Source: Eledone cirrhosa (lineage: Eukaryota). Taken from it: DNA of 64,000 nt. Position numbers and translations under genes: made by a program. Below, one piece after another: positions 1 through 12,976 of this stretch. Every line of letters starts with the position of its first letter. The stretch's first letter is position 1. The notes below the pieces were generated by a model. The model did not search any database. It saw nothing but the letters and a program-made list of their open reading frames with translations, and was not told where the DNA came from. The stretch covers positions 221,836,001-221,900,000 of the forward strand of contig OZ024742.1 in NCBI GenBank assembly GCA_964016885.1, read 5' to 3'.

Positions 1-55
<55 letters not shown>

Positions 56-159
56 ATACATACAATGTGTTACTAGATTAGGCTACAAATAACAAATTTC
101 AGGATTTTACTCTGTGGTAAAGTCTTCATGGCTGGTTTTTTTTTTTTTTTTACTGTTTA

Positions 160-735
160 TCATCATCATCATTCTCATCGTCATAATCATCACCACCACT
201 ACCACCACCATCATCATCACCACCACTACCACCACCATAATCATCACCACCACTACCACCACCATCATCATCACCACCACTACCACCACCATAATCATCA
301 CCACCACTACCACCACCATCATCATCACCACCACTACCACCACCATAATCATCACCACCACTACCACCACCATCATCATCACCACCACTACCACCATCAT
401 CATCATCACCAACATCAACAACATATCATCACCATCACCATCACCATTATCATTCTTTCCCTCGTCACTATCATCGTTGCCACCACCATCACCACCATCA
501 CCGCCACCATCACCGCCACCACCACCACCACCAACACCGCCTCCGCCACCACCGCCACCACCGACGCCACTACCACCATCACCGCCACCGCCACCACCAC
601 CATCACCGCCACCATCACCACCACCATCACCGCCACCACCGCCTCCGCCACCACCGCCACCACCAGCGCCACCACCACCACCATAACCGCCACCACCATC
701 GCCGCCACCACCACCACCACCACCACCACCACCAC
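160..735. repeat. (CAT/CAC/CCA) trinucleotide microsatellite
   Basis: Directly visible; explains the poly-His/Pro/Thr/Gly ORFs. Confidence 0.95.
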
Positions 736-1908
736 TGGAAATAGGGTTGGAGGCGCTGAGGGTATTATGTGGCCGTGAGTGGGGTGGGGACGGTGGCCCC
801 AAAAGTTTGAGAACCTCTGCTCTATATTAACACATTCACCATTCTGTCCCCGATAACCACCAGAGACCATCATGTCTAACAATTTGTAGTTATTTTGTGA
901 GTTTTAGCTGTTTGTTGAAGGAATGTCTATATTGTTTGTTTCTTAAGAAAGTCCCAAACAAGGAATGAAGCCATTTAGTCTAAGTGATTATGAAGAAGGT
1001 AAAATTAAGACGAAAGGAATGAATTTACTTTAGACTTGAAAGACTTCATTCAGGTCACAAGAAGGAGGAAAACGATGGGAGTTCCAAAATCTGGCAGTTC
1101 AAGGGAAAAAGCTACTTCCTTATTCGTGAAACCACAACAGCATCTGGATAAATTGAATCAGCATAAATATAGGACAGGTTCATCATCGAAGCCCATCAGT
1201 AGAAACAACTCGCGTTCTGGATAGCCGAACCATGTTCCTATTTCCTGCGATCAGGATGAAGATGGCCATCTGCAAAAACGAGTACCACGAGATGGACTGT
1301 CTGTTTCAACAGCTCTCCATCATCAACCCCCAGATTAACACAGTTACCATTCTGTCCACCATAACCACCAGAAACTGTGAAGTCTAACATTTGTAGTGGT
1401 TTTGAGAGTTTTAGCTGGTTCTTGAAAGAATGTTTATATTTATAAACTGTATTAGCATAAATATAAGATTCATTGTTGAAGCCGTAGCAGTGGAAACATC
1501 TGACCTCATGGGTCCTCAATCTAGCCCCTACTTACTGTGGTAAGAATGAAGATGGCCAACTGCAAGAACGAGATCCATGAGGTTGACTGTCTGTACTGTC
1601 TGTTTCAGCATGTCTCTCTTGCCACCACCGGGGGTAACACATTCGATTTTCTGTCTGCCAGCGCTATGAAACAACACCAATACATCAGATACAGATTTAT
1701 AGAGAAACACAGATATTTTAGTACATCTCACTCACCGTCCTCCGAGGTAACACATTCGCAACAACAATAAGATTTTACTATCCGATAGTGAAGTTGTTAT
1801 GGGTGGTGAAAGAGGATAGTTGTTGTTGGAAGTTTATTCATGTGTGCAATAGATTTTGGGGGAAGATTTTATAAATTTAATGATTGCTTTGTTTATATTT
1901 TCATAAAG

Positions 1909-1990
1909 ACTACACATTTAAAGGAGGCGATTTTGAGCTGACTGATTCTATGAAAAAGGATTTCAATGAACACGGCTATTTCATTGTGAG
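1909..1990 (+). CDS. PhyH-family 2OG/Fe(II) dioxygenase (L-proline trans-4-hydroxylase/EctD-like), internal exon A
   Basis: ataaag|ACTAC...GTGAG|gtaagt; encodes YTFKGGDFELTDSMKKDFNEHGYFIV(R), the PhyH N-terminal F..xGY.IVR motif; phase 1 to phase 2. Confidence 0.85.
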
Positions 1991-2299
1991 GTAAGTAATT
2001 TATTATATAGAGTACAGACCACTCTATTATATAGAGTACAGACCACGGCTATTTCATTCTGAGTATGTATTGTGTTATACAGTGTACAATGTATTCTGTT
2101 CACTTACTGATCACTGATACCGTTATTCAGTGTGGAGTCATAATTTAAACCTGAGGCAACTCATTATTGAGTCATAGGGGTGCCATCATATGATCTTTTA
2201 AACTCAACAGTGCCCACCACACTCTACAAGTGACCACACCCGTTTTCCACCAGAGAAAGAAAAAAATGTTCCTAGTACTTAGGGCCACCTCCCTGATCA

Positions 2300-2896
<597 letters not shown>

Positions 2897-3012
2897 CAGA
2901 CTGCCTGATCAGACAGATCTGCATATTAGCAAATCAGGCTGATCAGTCACTGTATATTCCAGAAAACATCATATATTTTCACTAGCTCTGACAGTTGGCA
3001 GGTAAACAGTAT

Positions 3013-3059
3013 ACGGTACTGATGAAGGGTAATAACCCAGAAACATTAGTGTTTGCCGT
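3013..3059 (+). ncRNA. Type I hammerhead ribozyme
   Basis: acggta-CTGATGA-a gggt aata accc a-GAAA-ca ttag tg-TT-tgccgt; stems I, II and III all pair. Confidence 0.75.
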
Positions 3060-3230
3060 TCTGTTTATATGCCAACACAAGAGCAAGAATGACGGTGCCA
3101 TTTTACTGACATGGCATAAGAGGGTATTTGCATAATTGCAAACGAATCAAATATTACTATTAATATTCTAAAAATTCAGATTTACATTTCTTGTATTCAG
3201 CCATGTAGAACGATAAAACTATTTGTTATA

Positions 3231-3311
<81 letters not shown>

Positions 3312-3460
3312 GTTATATTTAAAACACTATACACACACGCAAACGCATGCGCAAAGAAGACAAAATAAAATAAACAAACAAGCAAATAAATAAATAAATA
3401 TATAGACAGACTGAATAAAAATGGCGTAGACATACAACACAACAGGAGGAAAATATAACA

Positions 3461-3500
3461 CCACTGACGATGTTGCAGATGTGCAACGAAAGATTTATGA
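3461..3500 (+). ncRNA. Minimal hammerhead ribozyme motif
   Basis: CTGACGA-t gttgca gatg tgcaac-GAAA gatt TA; stem I weak. Confidence 0.55.
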
Positions 3501-3820
3501 TAAACTATATATATGTGTTTGTGTCTACATTGTATCTGTATTATTTTTGACCGTCGGTCAGTCAATGGCAACATTGAGGACCGAGTAAGTTAGATTACCG
3601 ATATAAAAGACAGCGAGAAGCGAAAACCAACCAAACAGTGAGTGTGTTCTGTTATTAATTCTGGCAATATTACACAAATATGACCCTCCCCAAGTATATA
3701 TATATATATATATATATATATAGCTCTGGTTTATCCAAACTATTGACCCCTCTGCCACACATGTCGAAGATTGTTTATCGTTATTTCGTGGGCCGAGATT
3801 CTGATTCTCGATTATTTACT

Positions 3821-3867
<47 letters not shown>

Positions 3868-3871
<4 letters not shown>

Positions 3872-3917
3872 GTTACTCTGGAATTTCGCCTGTTTATCAC
3901 AGTTTCATCAGACAGTA
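3868..3917 (-). ncRNA. Type I hammerhead ribozyme
   Basis: minus: tactgt-CTGATGA-aa ctgt gataa acag gc-GAAA ttccaga GTA-acagta. Confidence 0.7.
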
Positions 3918-4228
3918 ACTAACGATTCAATGGCAGACAGTATAAATAAGGAAAACTCGAGGTGGTACAAGGAGGATATAATTGGAAAGGGGTAATTAAG
4001 ATAGGATGGGTAGGGTGGTGGTGGCGTGAAAGGAAAAGGCGATAAAGGGTGGTATAGACACACAAACATATATATATACATACACACACATATATATACA
4101 CACACACACACACACACATATATATATGTGTGTGTGTGTGTGTGTATGTATATATATATATATATATGTATACCACCCTTTATATATATATATATATATA
4201 TATACATACACACACACACATATATATA

Positions 4229-4269
<41 letters not shown>

Positions 4270-4330
4270 GTATACCACCCTTTATATATATATATATACA
4301 TACATACACACACACACACACACATATATA

Positions 4331-4365
<35 letters not shown>

Positions 4366-4375
4366 GTATACCACC

Positions 4376-4429
<54 letters not shown>

Positions 4430-4484
4430 TACAAAGTAACAGGAGGCATGTTCTGGTGTAAATCCTTGAAAGGTTTATTACACT

Positions 4485-4862
4485 ACTAGCAGTGGTACCC
4501 GGCGTTGCACGGGATAAGGTATTGTGAAATATATAAGGGCGCGTTCTGGACGTAGAGCGAATTGTAGGAAGTGACGTAATGCAGACAGTCAGACATACAG
4601 GCAGATATAAGGGCACGACGTTATAAGTATGTATCTATCTAAAAAGAGAAAGATTAAGAATTATAGAGACAGATCGCTAAATCGCCTAATGCAATCCCTA
4701 GGGCATTGAAAATTTGAAATTTTTTTTGCTCAGAACACTCCCTGATACATAAGTATTACATGTGTAAAGTTTGAAAACAGTCGTTTGAGTGTTTCTCTAG
4801 TTTTAGGGATTCAAACTCACACACACACACACAAACAGACATCCTCAGTTTTATATATATAG
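4485..4862 (+). mobile_element. Non-autonomous Helitron-type (Lep1/HINE-like) element
   Basis: Starts actagcagtggtacccggcgttgcacggg, ends acagacatcctcagttttatatatatag; same ends at 24681, 25608 and 41440. Confidence 0.6.
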
Positions 4863-6217
4863 ATAATCATTTCAATGACCGGGTTCAGTATGAATTCGGT
4901 GACATCATCAGGTAATTCAAAATATAACGAAGGAATATAGGAGATAAAAATCCTTGGTGTTTAAATCAGAGACTAGAGGGTGGCCGGTATTTTAGCAGTT
5001 TGTAACTGCATTTACCACCCTCATTTGCTGATAATTGGGTCAAGATACTACCTTCTGGTGTGGGGGCACAAGCCTTTAATGTACTACCACCATCCCGTCA
5101 GATGGAAGTGTCAGCGTTGAGGTCCCGCGTCAATCAGGCTGGCCAGGTATGCTCGATATTGCCGCAAAATATGTTTTTTTCAAGGACAAACAGACATAGA
5201 GATTAAAAAGGGAGAGAGTGTGTGTGAATGAAAGAGAGATAGAAAGTGACAGAGATAGTAAAACAGAGAGAGAGAGAGAGAGTGTGGGAGAATTAAAAAC
5301 AGAGAGATTGACAGAGAGAGTGAGAAATAGAGAGTGTGTGTAATTGATATAGAGAGAAGGTGACAATTAACATAAGGAGGCTTTTATGAAGAAGTTTAGG
5401 TGTGATATATATATAGTCACGATAAATTGTCAGGGTGGTATATATAGTAAAAATATGCCCGTGGTGCTAGCGGTCAATAACCAGCGACGACTAAGGGTTC
5501 CGCGCTAGCAACCCCCTCCCACGTACCAGCTGTTCCGAGTAATATCGTCTATCGAAAGAAATGGAAATTAGTTTTTCCGAGCACTCCAGGAATGTAGCTG
5601 TGTTAGGCGTCGGTTGTGCCAGCGTGGAGCCCCCCATCGCCGGCTGGCCATCTTATATACCAAGCGGTTGCCATTATATCACACAGTGTGGGGGTTTAGT
5701 TAAGTGTTAGTAGGAAGAGGCATGATACAGCTAAAGGTTATGACTAAGCCTAGAAAATAACGGTACTATTTGGCGGTCAATGGCGGCGGCGTGGCGAGTC
5801 TCGAGCCCGGCATAGCGCCGGGACGAAGGAACGGTTCCGAGTAATTTCGTTTATCGAAAAAAGGGGAAATTTATTTTCCCAAGCACTCAAGGAAGGCTAA
5901 AACGCCCGATTGGCCGGCGCCCAATCAGGAAATCCGCCACATCCGTCGTATCATCGCGTGTTACCAGACAATTAATATTTATTCACACCCGTGGTGTGAG
6001 GTTGAGAGTGGTAAAACGCGATGAAATGCGCTAATAGCCTATGTCAAGTCCCCAGTTAGTCCAGGTTGTATTATTGTGGTTTTAGAGTGGGTATGTATAT
6101 ATATATATGTATATATATGTATATATATATATGTATATATATATCTAGGGTGGGTATATATATATATATGTATATATATATATGTATATATATATATGTA
6201 TATATATATCTAGGGTG

Positions 6218-6256
<39 letters not shown>

Positions 6257-6356
6257 AAGAGGGTGTAACGCGGAGTTACTGTAGAATCCCCCGGGTGAGT
6301 ACTCGATGTTTAGGTTCACGTCAGTATGGAGGTGTAGAGCTAGACAGAGTGTAGTA

Positions 6357-7178
6357 TAATATTTGTTTCTACTTTTGGCACAAGGCCAGCAATTATCGCA
6401 GTGTATTACTGGTACTTTATTTTATCGACCCCGTACGGATGAAAGGCAAAGTTAACCTCGGCGGGATTTGAACTCAGACCATAAAGGGGCGTAACTCTTT
6501 GCTGCAAAGCATGGCGTCCGACTCTCTACTGATACTGCCAAACCACCACCAGAGTGTAGCATAATAATGATTACTAGTATAAGATTTTACATAATACAAG
6601 GACGAATTGTTACTCCTTCATTACGTTTATTGGTTGGCTTTTCGCTACTGGTCAGCTCAAGGTTCGATCTGTATCGATCTAGTCCGACGAGCTTTTGATT
6701 CCAGAGTCGGGCTAGATCGATACAGATCGAACCTTGAGCTGATCAGTAGCGAAACGCGCATCACCAACCAATAAACTTAATGAATGAGTAACCATTCTTC
6801 TTTAGTGGATTGGTATAAGCGGAAGAGGGTCGGACGCCATGCTTTGCAGGATAGAGTCACGCCCCTTTATGATCTGATTTCAAATCCGGCCGCGGTTAAC
6901 TTTGCCTTTCATCCTTACAGGGTCGATAAAATAAAGTACCAGTCACGCACTGGGGTCGATTTAATCGATTTTCCCCTCCCCCAAATTGCTGGCCTTGTAC
7001 TTATATAATTGTTTCTACTTTAGGCACAAGGCCAGTAATTACCCAGTGCGTTACTGGTACTTTATTTTATCGACCCCGTAAGGATGAAAGGCAAAGTCAA
7101 CCTCGGCGGGATTTGAACTCAGATCGTAAAGGGACGTAACTATGCTGGAAAGCATGGCGTCCGACCCTCTACCGAAAC
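6357..7178. mobile_element. Three tRNA-derived SINEs with Deu/Nin-like core (6357-6552 -, 6805-7000 +, 7005-7178 -)
   Basis: B-box gagttcaaatcc and core gcctttcatccttacggggtcgataaaataaagtacc; about 20 copies in the window. Confidence 0.8.
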
Positions 7179-7189
7179 CATTATTACAT

Positions 7190-7915
7190 TGGATTATTCC
7201 TGAAATTTATCGTCCAAATCATCGACAGTAGCTATGAAGGGATCTGCTATCCACATTGGGATGTCCATCGGCAAAAGGTCGACAAACCATTCTCTCATGT
7301 TGTCTTGTAGTGCACGGAGGTGAGTGGTATAAATTTGGAGCTGGTCATCGCTTACAATGTTTTGAACATTGGCGACACTAGGAAAATTATAGAATTCCCG
7401 TCAACAAAGATTCCTTTCGATGACATTCAATTTGGCCAGGAATGTTTTCACAGCATTCCTTGCTTTAAGCAAGGTGATCTTCTTCCGCTGCAAAGCCAAA
7501 ATGACGCTATTGCATTTGTCGAAGATGTTGGTGAGGTAGGTGCAGTTTTGCCTCACATCGAGGGTTTTCTTGTACAGTTCTGTGTTGCGTCCTCGAAGAA
7601 ACTCAATGATAGAGTCGAAGAGTTCAAAGAAGTGAATAAGGCACTTGCCCTTTGAAAGCCACCTCACTTCATTATGAAGGAGCAACTTGACGAATTCTTC
7701 GTCATTATCTTGGCACAGTTGCCGGAAAATTCGTTCATTGAGGGAATGCCGTTTGATAAAATTGATGACATCAATGACCACCTGCAAGGACTTTCTCAGC
7801 GGCTCACTGAGTTTCTTCGCAGCCAAGTGTTGTCGATGAATGACACAATGAACAGCAAATACAAACCCTTATGTTGGCCGACCATTGCTCTTGCGTTGTC
7901 CGTAGCATATGATAC
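7190..7915 (-). pseudogene. hAT Buster/Charlie-type transposase fragment
   Basis: CVIHRQHLAAKKLS..INFIKRHSLNERIFRQLC..LLLHNEVRWLSKG, disrupted by frameshifts. Confidence 0.85.
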
Positions 7916-7917
7916 AA

Positions 7918-8590
7918 TGTGTGTTGTATGTGGTCCGAGATGTATGTATTACTCGCCCGTGTGTTGTATGTGGTCCTAGATGTATGTATTACCTTCTTTT
8001 GTATTGCATGTGGTCCCAACTCTATGTATTACCTGCTTGTGTGTTATATGTGCTCCTAGATGTGTGTATTACCTCCTTATGTGTTGTATGTGGTCCTAGA
8101 TGTATATATTACCTGATTATGTGTTGTATGTGGTCCTAGATGTTTGTATTACCTGATTATGTGCTGTATATGATCTTAAATGTTTGTATTACCTGCTTAT
8201 GTATTGTGTGCGGTCCTAGATGTATGTATTACCTGCCTGTGTATTGTATGTGGTCCTAGATGTGTGTGTTACCTCCTTATGTGTTGCATGTGGTCCTAGA
8301 TGTGTGTATTACCTGCTTATGTGTTGTATGTGGTCCTAGATGTGTGTATTACCTGCTTATGTGTTGTATGTGGTCCTAGATGTGTGTATTATCTGATTAT
8401 GTGTTGTATGTGGTACTAGATGTGTGTATTATCTGATTATGTGTTGTATGTGGTCCTAGATGTGTGTATTACCTGCTTATGTGTTGTATGTGGTCCTAGA
8501 TGTGTGTATTATCTGATTATGTGTTGTATGTGGTACTAGATGTGTGTATTATCTGATTATGTGTTGTATGTGGTCCTAGATGTGTATGCT
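7918..8590. repeat. 40-bp minisatellite, about 17 copies
   Basis: Unit atgtgttgtatgtggtcctagatgtgtgtattacctgctt. Confidence 0.95.
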
Positions 8591-8829
8591 AACCACTTCT
8601 GTGTTTTTTCTTTTCTTTTTTTTTATTTGTAATATTATTTATACAATAGGGAATAAAATAGATCTACATAGTGTTAACTAGTTACGGTTGAGTAAATAAT
8701 TTCAGACATGAAATATATTGTTATCGGTGAAGGAAAGATACGATTCTAACTGGGTGCGCTCAAAGTGTCCTTGACCCAGTTGACTGTGGGTTTTTCCATT
8801 TTTAGGATCTCAATTACTGGTTAATGTAT

Positions 8830-9680
8830 AGACACGCCTGCACACCTGCTCACAGCTGCGGTCAGACCATAACCGCCTTGCTTGTTTTCGTGCGGCCTCC
8901 AAACCCCACAGTGGTGCCTGGCTCCATGCTCTGCCATCCTTCTCCACTGGCACGCAGCTAGACAACCATAGCATGCGAATCGGCGTTTCCCTGAGGCTCG
9001 GCCTCCGGATCTGCCAGCCACACCAATGTCGCTGCGGTTCCACCGTGGATTCTTTCGGCCTCCACCAGCTTTCCTGTCGCCACAGTGCCGGCCGCATTCC
9101 ACGCCATACTGCCCTCAACGAGGTCATTAAGCATGGCTTGGACGCTGCAGGCTTCCCTTCCCAGCTCGAGCCGGTGGGGCTGGATAGAGGGGACGGCAAA
9201 AGGCCAGATGGCATGACCATCTTCCTGTTTCGCGGTGGCAAACCCCTTGTCTGGGATGCCACTTGCACCGACACTTTTGCAGCCGCAACCTGGTGCAGTC
9301 TGCGACTGACCCAGGTTCTGCTGCACGTCGGGATGAGGGGGCCAAACTCCTCAAATACCGGTCGACAGGTTTGCGATCGTTCTCCTGGCAGTGGAAACTT
9401 CTGGTGTCCTCGGCCCCAGGGCTACCTCCTTACTCACCACCATAGGCGCTGATCTGGCCAGCCGTAGGTGTGAGCCCCGCGAGTTGGAGTGGCTTTTCCA
9501 GCGCGTCTCCCTTGCCGTCCTCCGGGGAAACGCCTTCTCCCTTCTGTCCGCCGGGGCTGTGGGTGGGCCCCATCGCGTACCATTACATTAGTTAAATACC
9601 ATTCTTTCATCTCATACATATATATAACATAAAGTAAGGGCTGCGAGACTGCGTACGGTTTATTTCTTGTAATAAAGTTA
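8830..9680 (+). mobile_element. CRE-clade non-LTR retrotransposon 3' fragment (CCHC knuckle plus restriction-like endonuclease)
   Basis: [54 protein letters not shown]; frameshifted. Confidence 0.8.
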
Positions 9681-11094
9681 CTAAAATAAGTTGGATTACT
9701 TTGAATAAATAACTGTTATGCTGTCTGCATGGTCATTCAAATGCATTCACACTGACTGTCTCAAAGGCATACAAATATGGCTTATAAAACTTACCAAAGT
9801 AAAGAACCTTCCAGCCCCCCCCCCCCCACTAGCGCCCTCCCCGAAAAGTTCCAAACGCTCCCTTGCTCCCAACGCCCCTCTGGAGTTCCGAAACACCCAT
9901 CGGGAGTGCATATGCCCCCCGTTGAGAACCTTTGGTCTAGTGTATCTGTGTATTATATATACAGTATATATATATATATATATATTATATATGTATGCGT
10001 GTGTGTGTGTGTGTCACACTGTGGATTACACCGAATCTCCCTGAGAACTATATTAAGAGTATTCGTGTTTGTAGAAGGCCTATCCACGAACAGAGACTGT
10101 TCTGTTGATCGTACAACTGGAACAATCGTCATGTAAAGCGACGGCGGTCGATTTAATGTAGTCCATACTGAATTTACACGTGATTGAAATAAAGTGTGTG
10201 GGGGGGGGGGTGCCATCAATATCGAACTAGTTTCTCGTTTTAATACAACCTCAAATGACATTGGAGCACAACTACATCGATATATCGATCTCACAATAAA
10301 CAGAAAAGATGACAACAAATAAATAAATATCTCCCCGTCGCTACCATTTTCTCTCATGACAACTAAATGTATTTAATTCCACTAATTTTACTGCTTCAAC
10401 ATACAGAATATTTCTTTTGAATTGAGTTGTATACTGTTGTTGTTGTTGTTGTTCATGTGGTTGTTGTTACCTTTGTTCTTGCTGTTGTTGTTGTTGTTGT
10501 TGTTGCCGTTGTAACCGTTGTTGTAGTTATTATTGTTTTAGCGATTGTACTTGTTATTTCTGTTGTTATTGTTGCTGTTATTACTGTGGGTTCTAGGGTA
10601 GAGGATTGGACGCCATGCTTTGCAGCACAGAGTTACGGTCCTTTATGTTCTGAGTTCAAATCTCGCCGAGGTTAACTTTGCCTTTCATCCTTACGGGGTT
10701 GATAAAATAAAGTACTGGGATCAAAATTGCTGGCCTTGTTCCTATAAAAGAAACCGTTATTACAGTTGGTTTTGTTGTTGCTGTTGTAGTAGTAGTTGTT
10801 GCTGTCGTTAAAAACGTTTAAAGTATTCTTTATTCTTCCATTCTTTTACTGCTTTCAGTCATTAGACAGCGGCCATGCTGGGGAACCCCTGTAATTTAGT
10901 CTATCGTATCGACTTCAGTATTTATTCTTTTCAAGTCTGGTACTTATTTTATCGATCACTATTTTTTTTTTTTGTTGAACCACTAGGTTATGAAATAAAA
11001 ACACAGACGCAAACATAAACATAGACACAGACACACATAGTCTTAAGTAATTGTATCTCTGTATTTCTGTTTGTCTTTGTTCATCTTGAAGTGT

Positions 11095-11173
<79 letters not shown>

Positions 11174-11387
11174 TATATATATGTTTTAAGTACTTCCGTA
11201 GAAAAGGTAAAGGAAAGAAGAGTGCTCTATGTATAGTACAGAGCTATTTAATTATGTAATAAACAACACAATATAATTATTCCATTACCCAAGGTTTCGC
11301 GAAGTTAGACGGTTCTAACAGAAACGTGTGATATCGTTCATAGGATGAAATATCTGTATTATAATAAAGGTAATAAGATAAAGATAT

Positions 11388-11457
11388 TTCATCTGATGAA
11401 CGATATCAGACATTTTTGTTACAATCGTTTAATTTCGCGAAACCTTGGGTATTTGAA
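11388..11457 (+). ncRNA. Hammerhead motif with ~40-nt stem II region, right arm of inverted repeat 11259-11478
   Basis: ttcat-CTGATGA-acgat...cgc-GAAAC cttgg GTA-tttgaa; mirror copy with damaged core at 11280-11350 (-). Confidence 0.6.
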
Positions 11458-11477
11458 TAATGATATTGTGTTGTTTA

Positions 11478-11566
<89 letters not shown>

Positions 11567-11653
11567 CGAAAATCAAGAATCAAGTGCAGTAAAATATATT
11601 TAAAAAAAGGATAAGAATAACTTTCCTGGTAGTTGTTATTCTTTAATGATGAA

Positions 11654-11749
<96 letters not shown>

Positions 11750-12255
11750 ATATATATGATGAAACACAGATACCAACACATCTGTATTTATATTGCAAAA
11801 GAAAATTTAGCCAGAATGAAGTATACTAATTATTATACTACAGTTTGTCCATATCGATTTAAAATAATAAATCAACAAAGACGAACTGCATTGCCAAATG
11901 GCTATGATGTTTAGACACATTTAAATTTCAAAATCAAACCTGTTCCGTAGATAAGTTTAAACTTTAAAATCCAAATATGTTTCGAGATGAATAAGTGTAG
12001 GAATATCATGTCCTGCTCTCCTCAGTAAACATCCAGGGACAAATTGATATGCTTCACTTCTAAATAATTTAAAAGACTGTGTAACGCACATGGTTTACAG
12101 TTTCTAGCTAGTCTCATAACCGTACTGCTAGAAATAACAGTCGTATATATGAGGCAACGTTCAGCTCAGCCTAGGAGCAGTTATATTATTAAGTGTAATG
12201 AATTCTTTTACAATGGAATTAGCTCGAAGGAGGAAATACCCCTGAGCCGTGTATA

Positions 12256-12286
<31 letters not shown>

Positions 12287-12366
12287 AGTTATTCCGGGTT
12301 CAATCGGGGGGTAACCACAGTAAGTAAGGTACTCAATACATAGCAGAGTATAAATGTTTTAATAGA

Positions 12367-12415
12367 GTTTCCTGATGATTTCTCACGAATGAAACAGTTC
12401 TAGTTCTGTAGAAGC
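12367..12415 (+). ncRNA. Type I hammerhead ribozyme
   Basis: gtttc-CTGATGA-t ttc tcac gaa t-GAAAcag ttctagtt ctGTA-gaagc; cassette 12286-12430 flanked by (TA)n. Confidence 0.75.
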
Positions 12416-12424
12416 TTTTCTATA

Positions 12425-12485
<61 letters not shown>

Positions 12486-12976
12486 TATGGTCCACCGTTT
12501 TATTTAGGCGATTAGTGTTTCTGTTGTTCGATCAACGGAACAGCCTAGTCATGAAATCAATGTATAAGTAGCCGCAGTATTCTTCAGGCACGTATACCCT
12601 TAAATTAAAGCCCCGGGAGATTCAAAGTGATACAGAGTGTGACGAGGCTGGCTCTTTGAATTACAGACATAATGAATCCAACGGTCACCCATACAGTTTT
12701 GGTTCACCCAGTTTCATTCACAAAGTTTGGGTTGTCCCGGGGCTATGGTAAAAGACACTTACTTAAGATGGCACGCAGTGGGATCAAACCAGGGATCTAA
12801 TGATTGCGAAGCTAACGTCTTACTCATTCGGCCATTCTGCTTTCAACAATAAGCCACTGCTAAATCACAGTCAACGGTCATCCAACAGTGTGTAAAAAGA
12901 AACGCACAGGTAAACAGAACTGGTTAGTTTGGGTGGCCAGTCTATCTAAAAGAAAGATCACTCTGATTTCAAAACC

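Noticed and set aside
107-882. Gly/His/Pro/Thr-rich ORFs, and all IY/HT/CV/LS-repeat ORFs elsewhere
   Set aside because: Translations of microsatellites
825-1620. Gene in the 1238-1519 and 1537-1770 ORFs
   Set aside because: Region is imperfect local duplication (825-980 vs 1335-1490; 1255-1315 vs 1545-1615) with only a faint zinc-knuckle-like RCFHCYGF; probably decayed retroelement
6080-6265. Telomere-like tagggtggg repeats
   Set aside because: Isolated units within a (TA)n minisatellite, not a TTAGGG array
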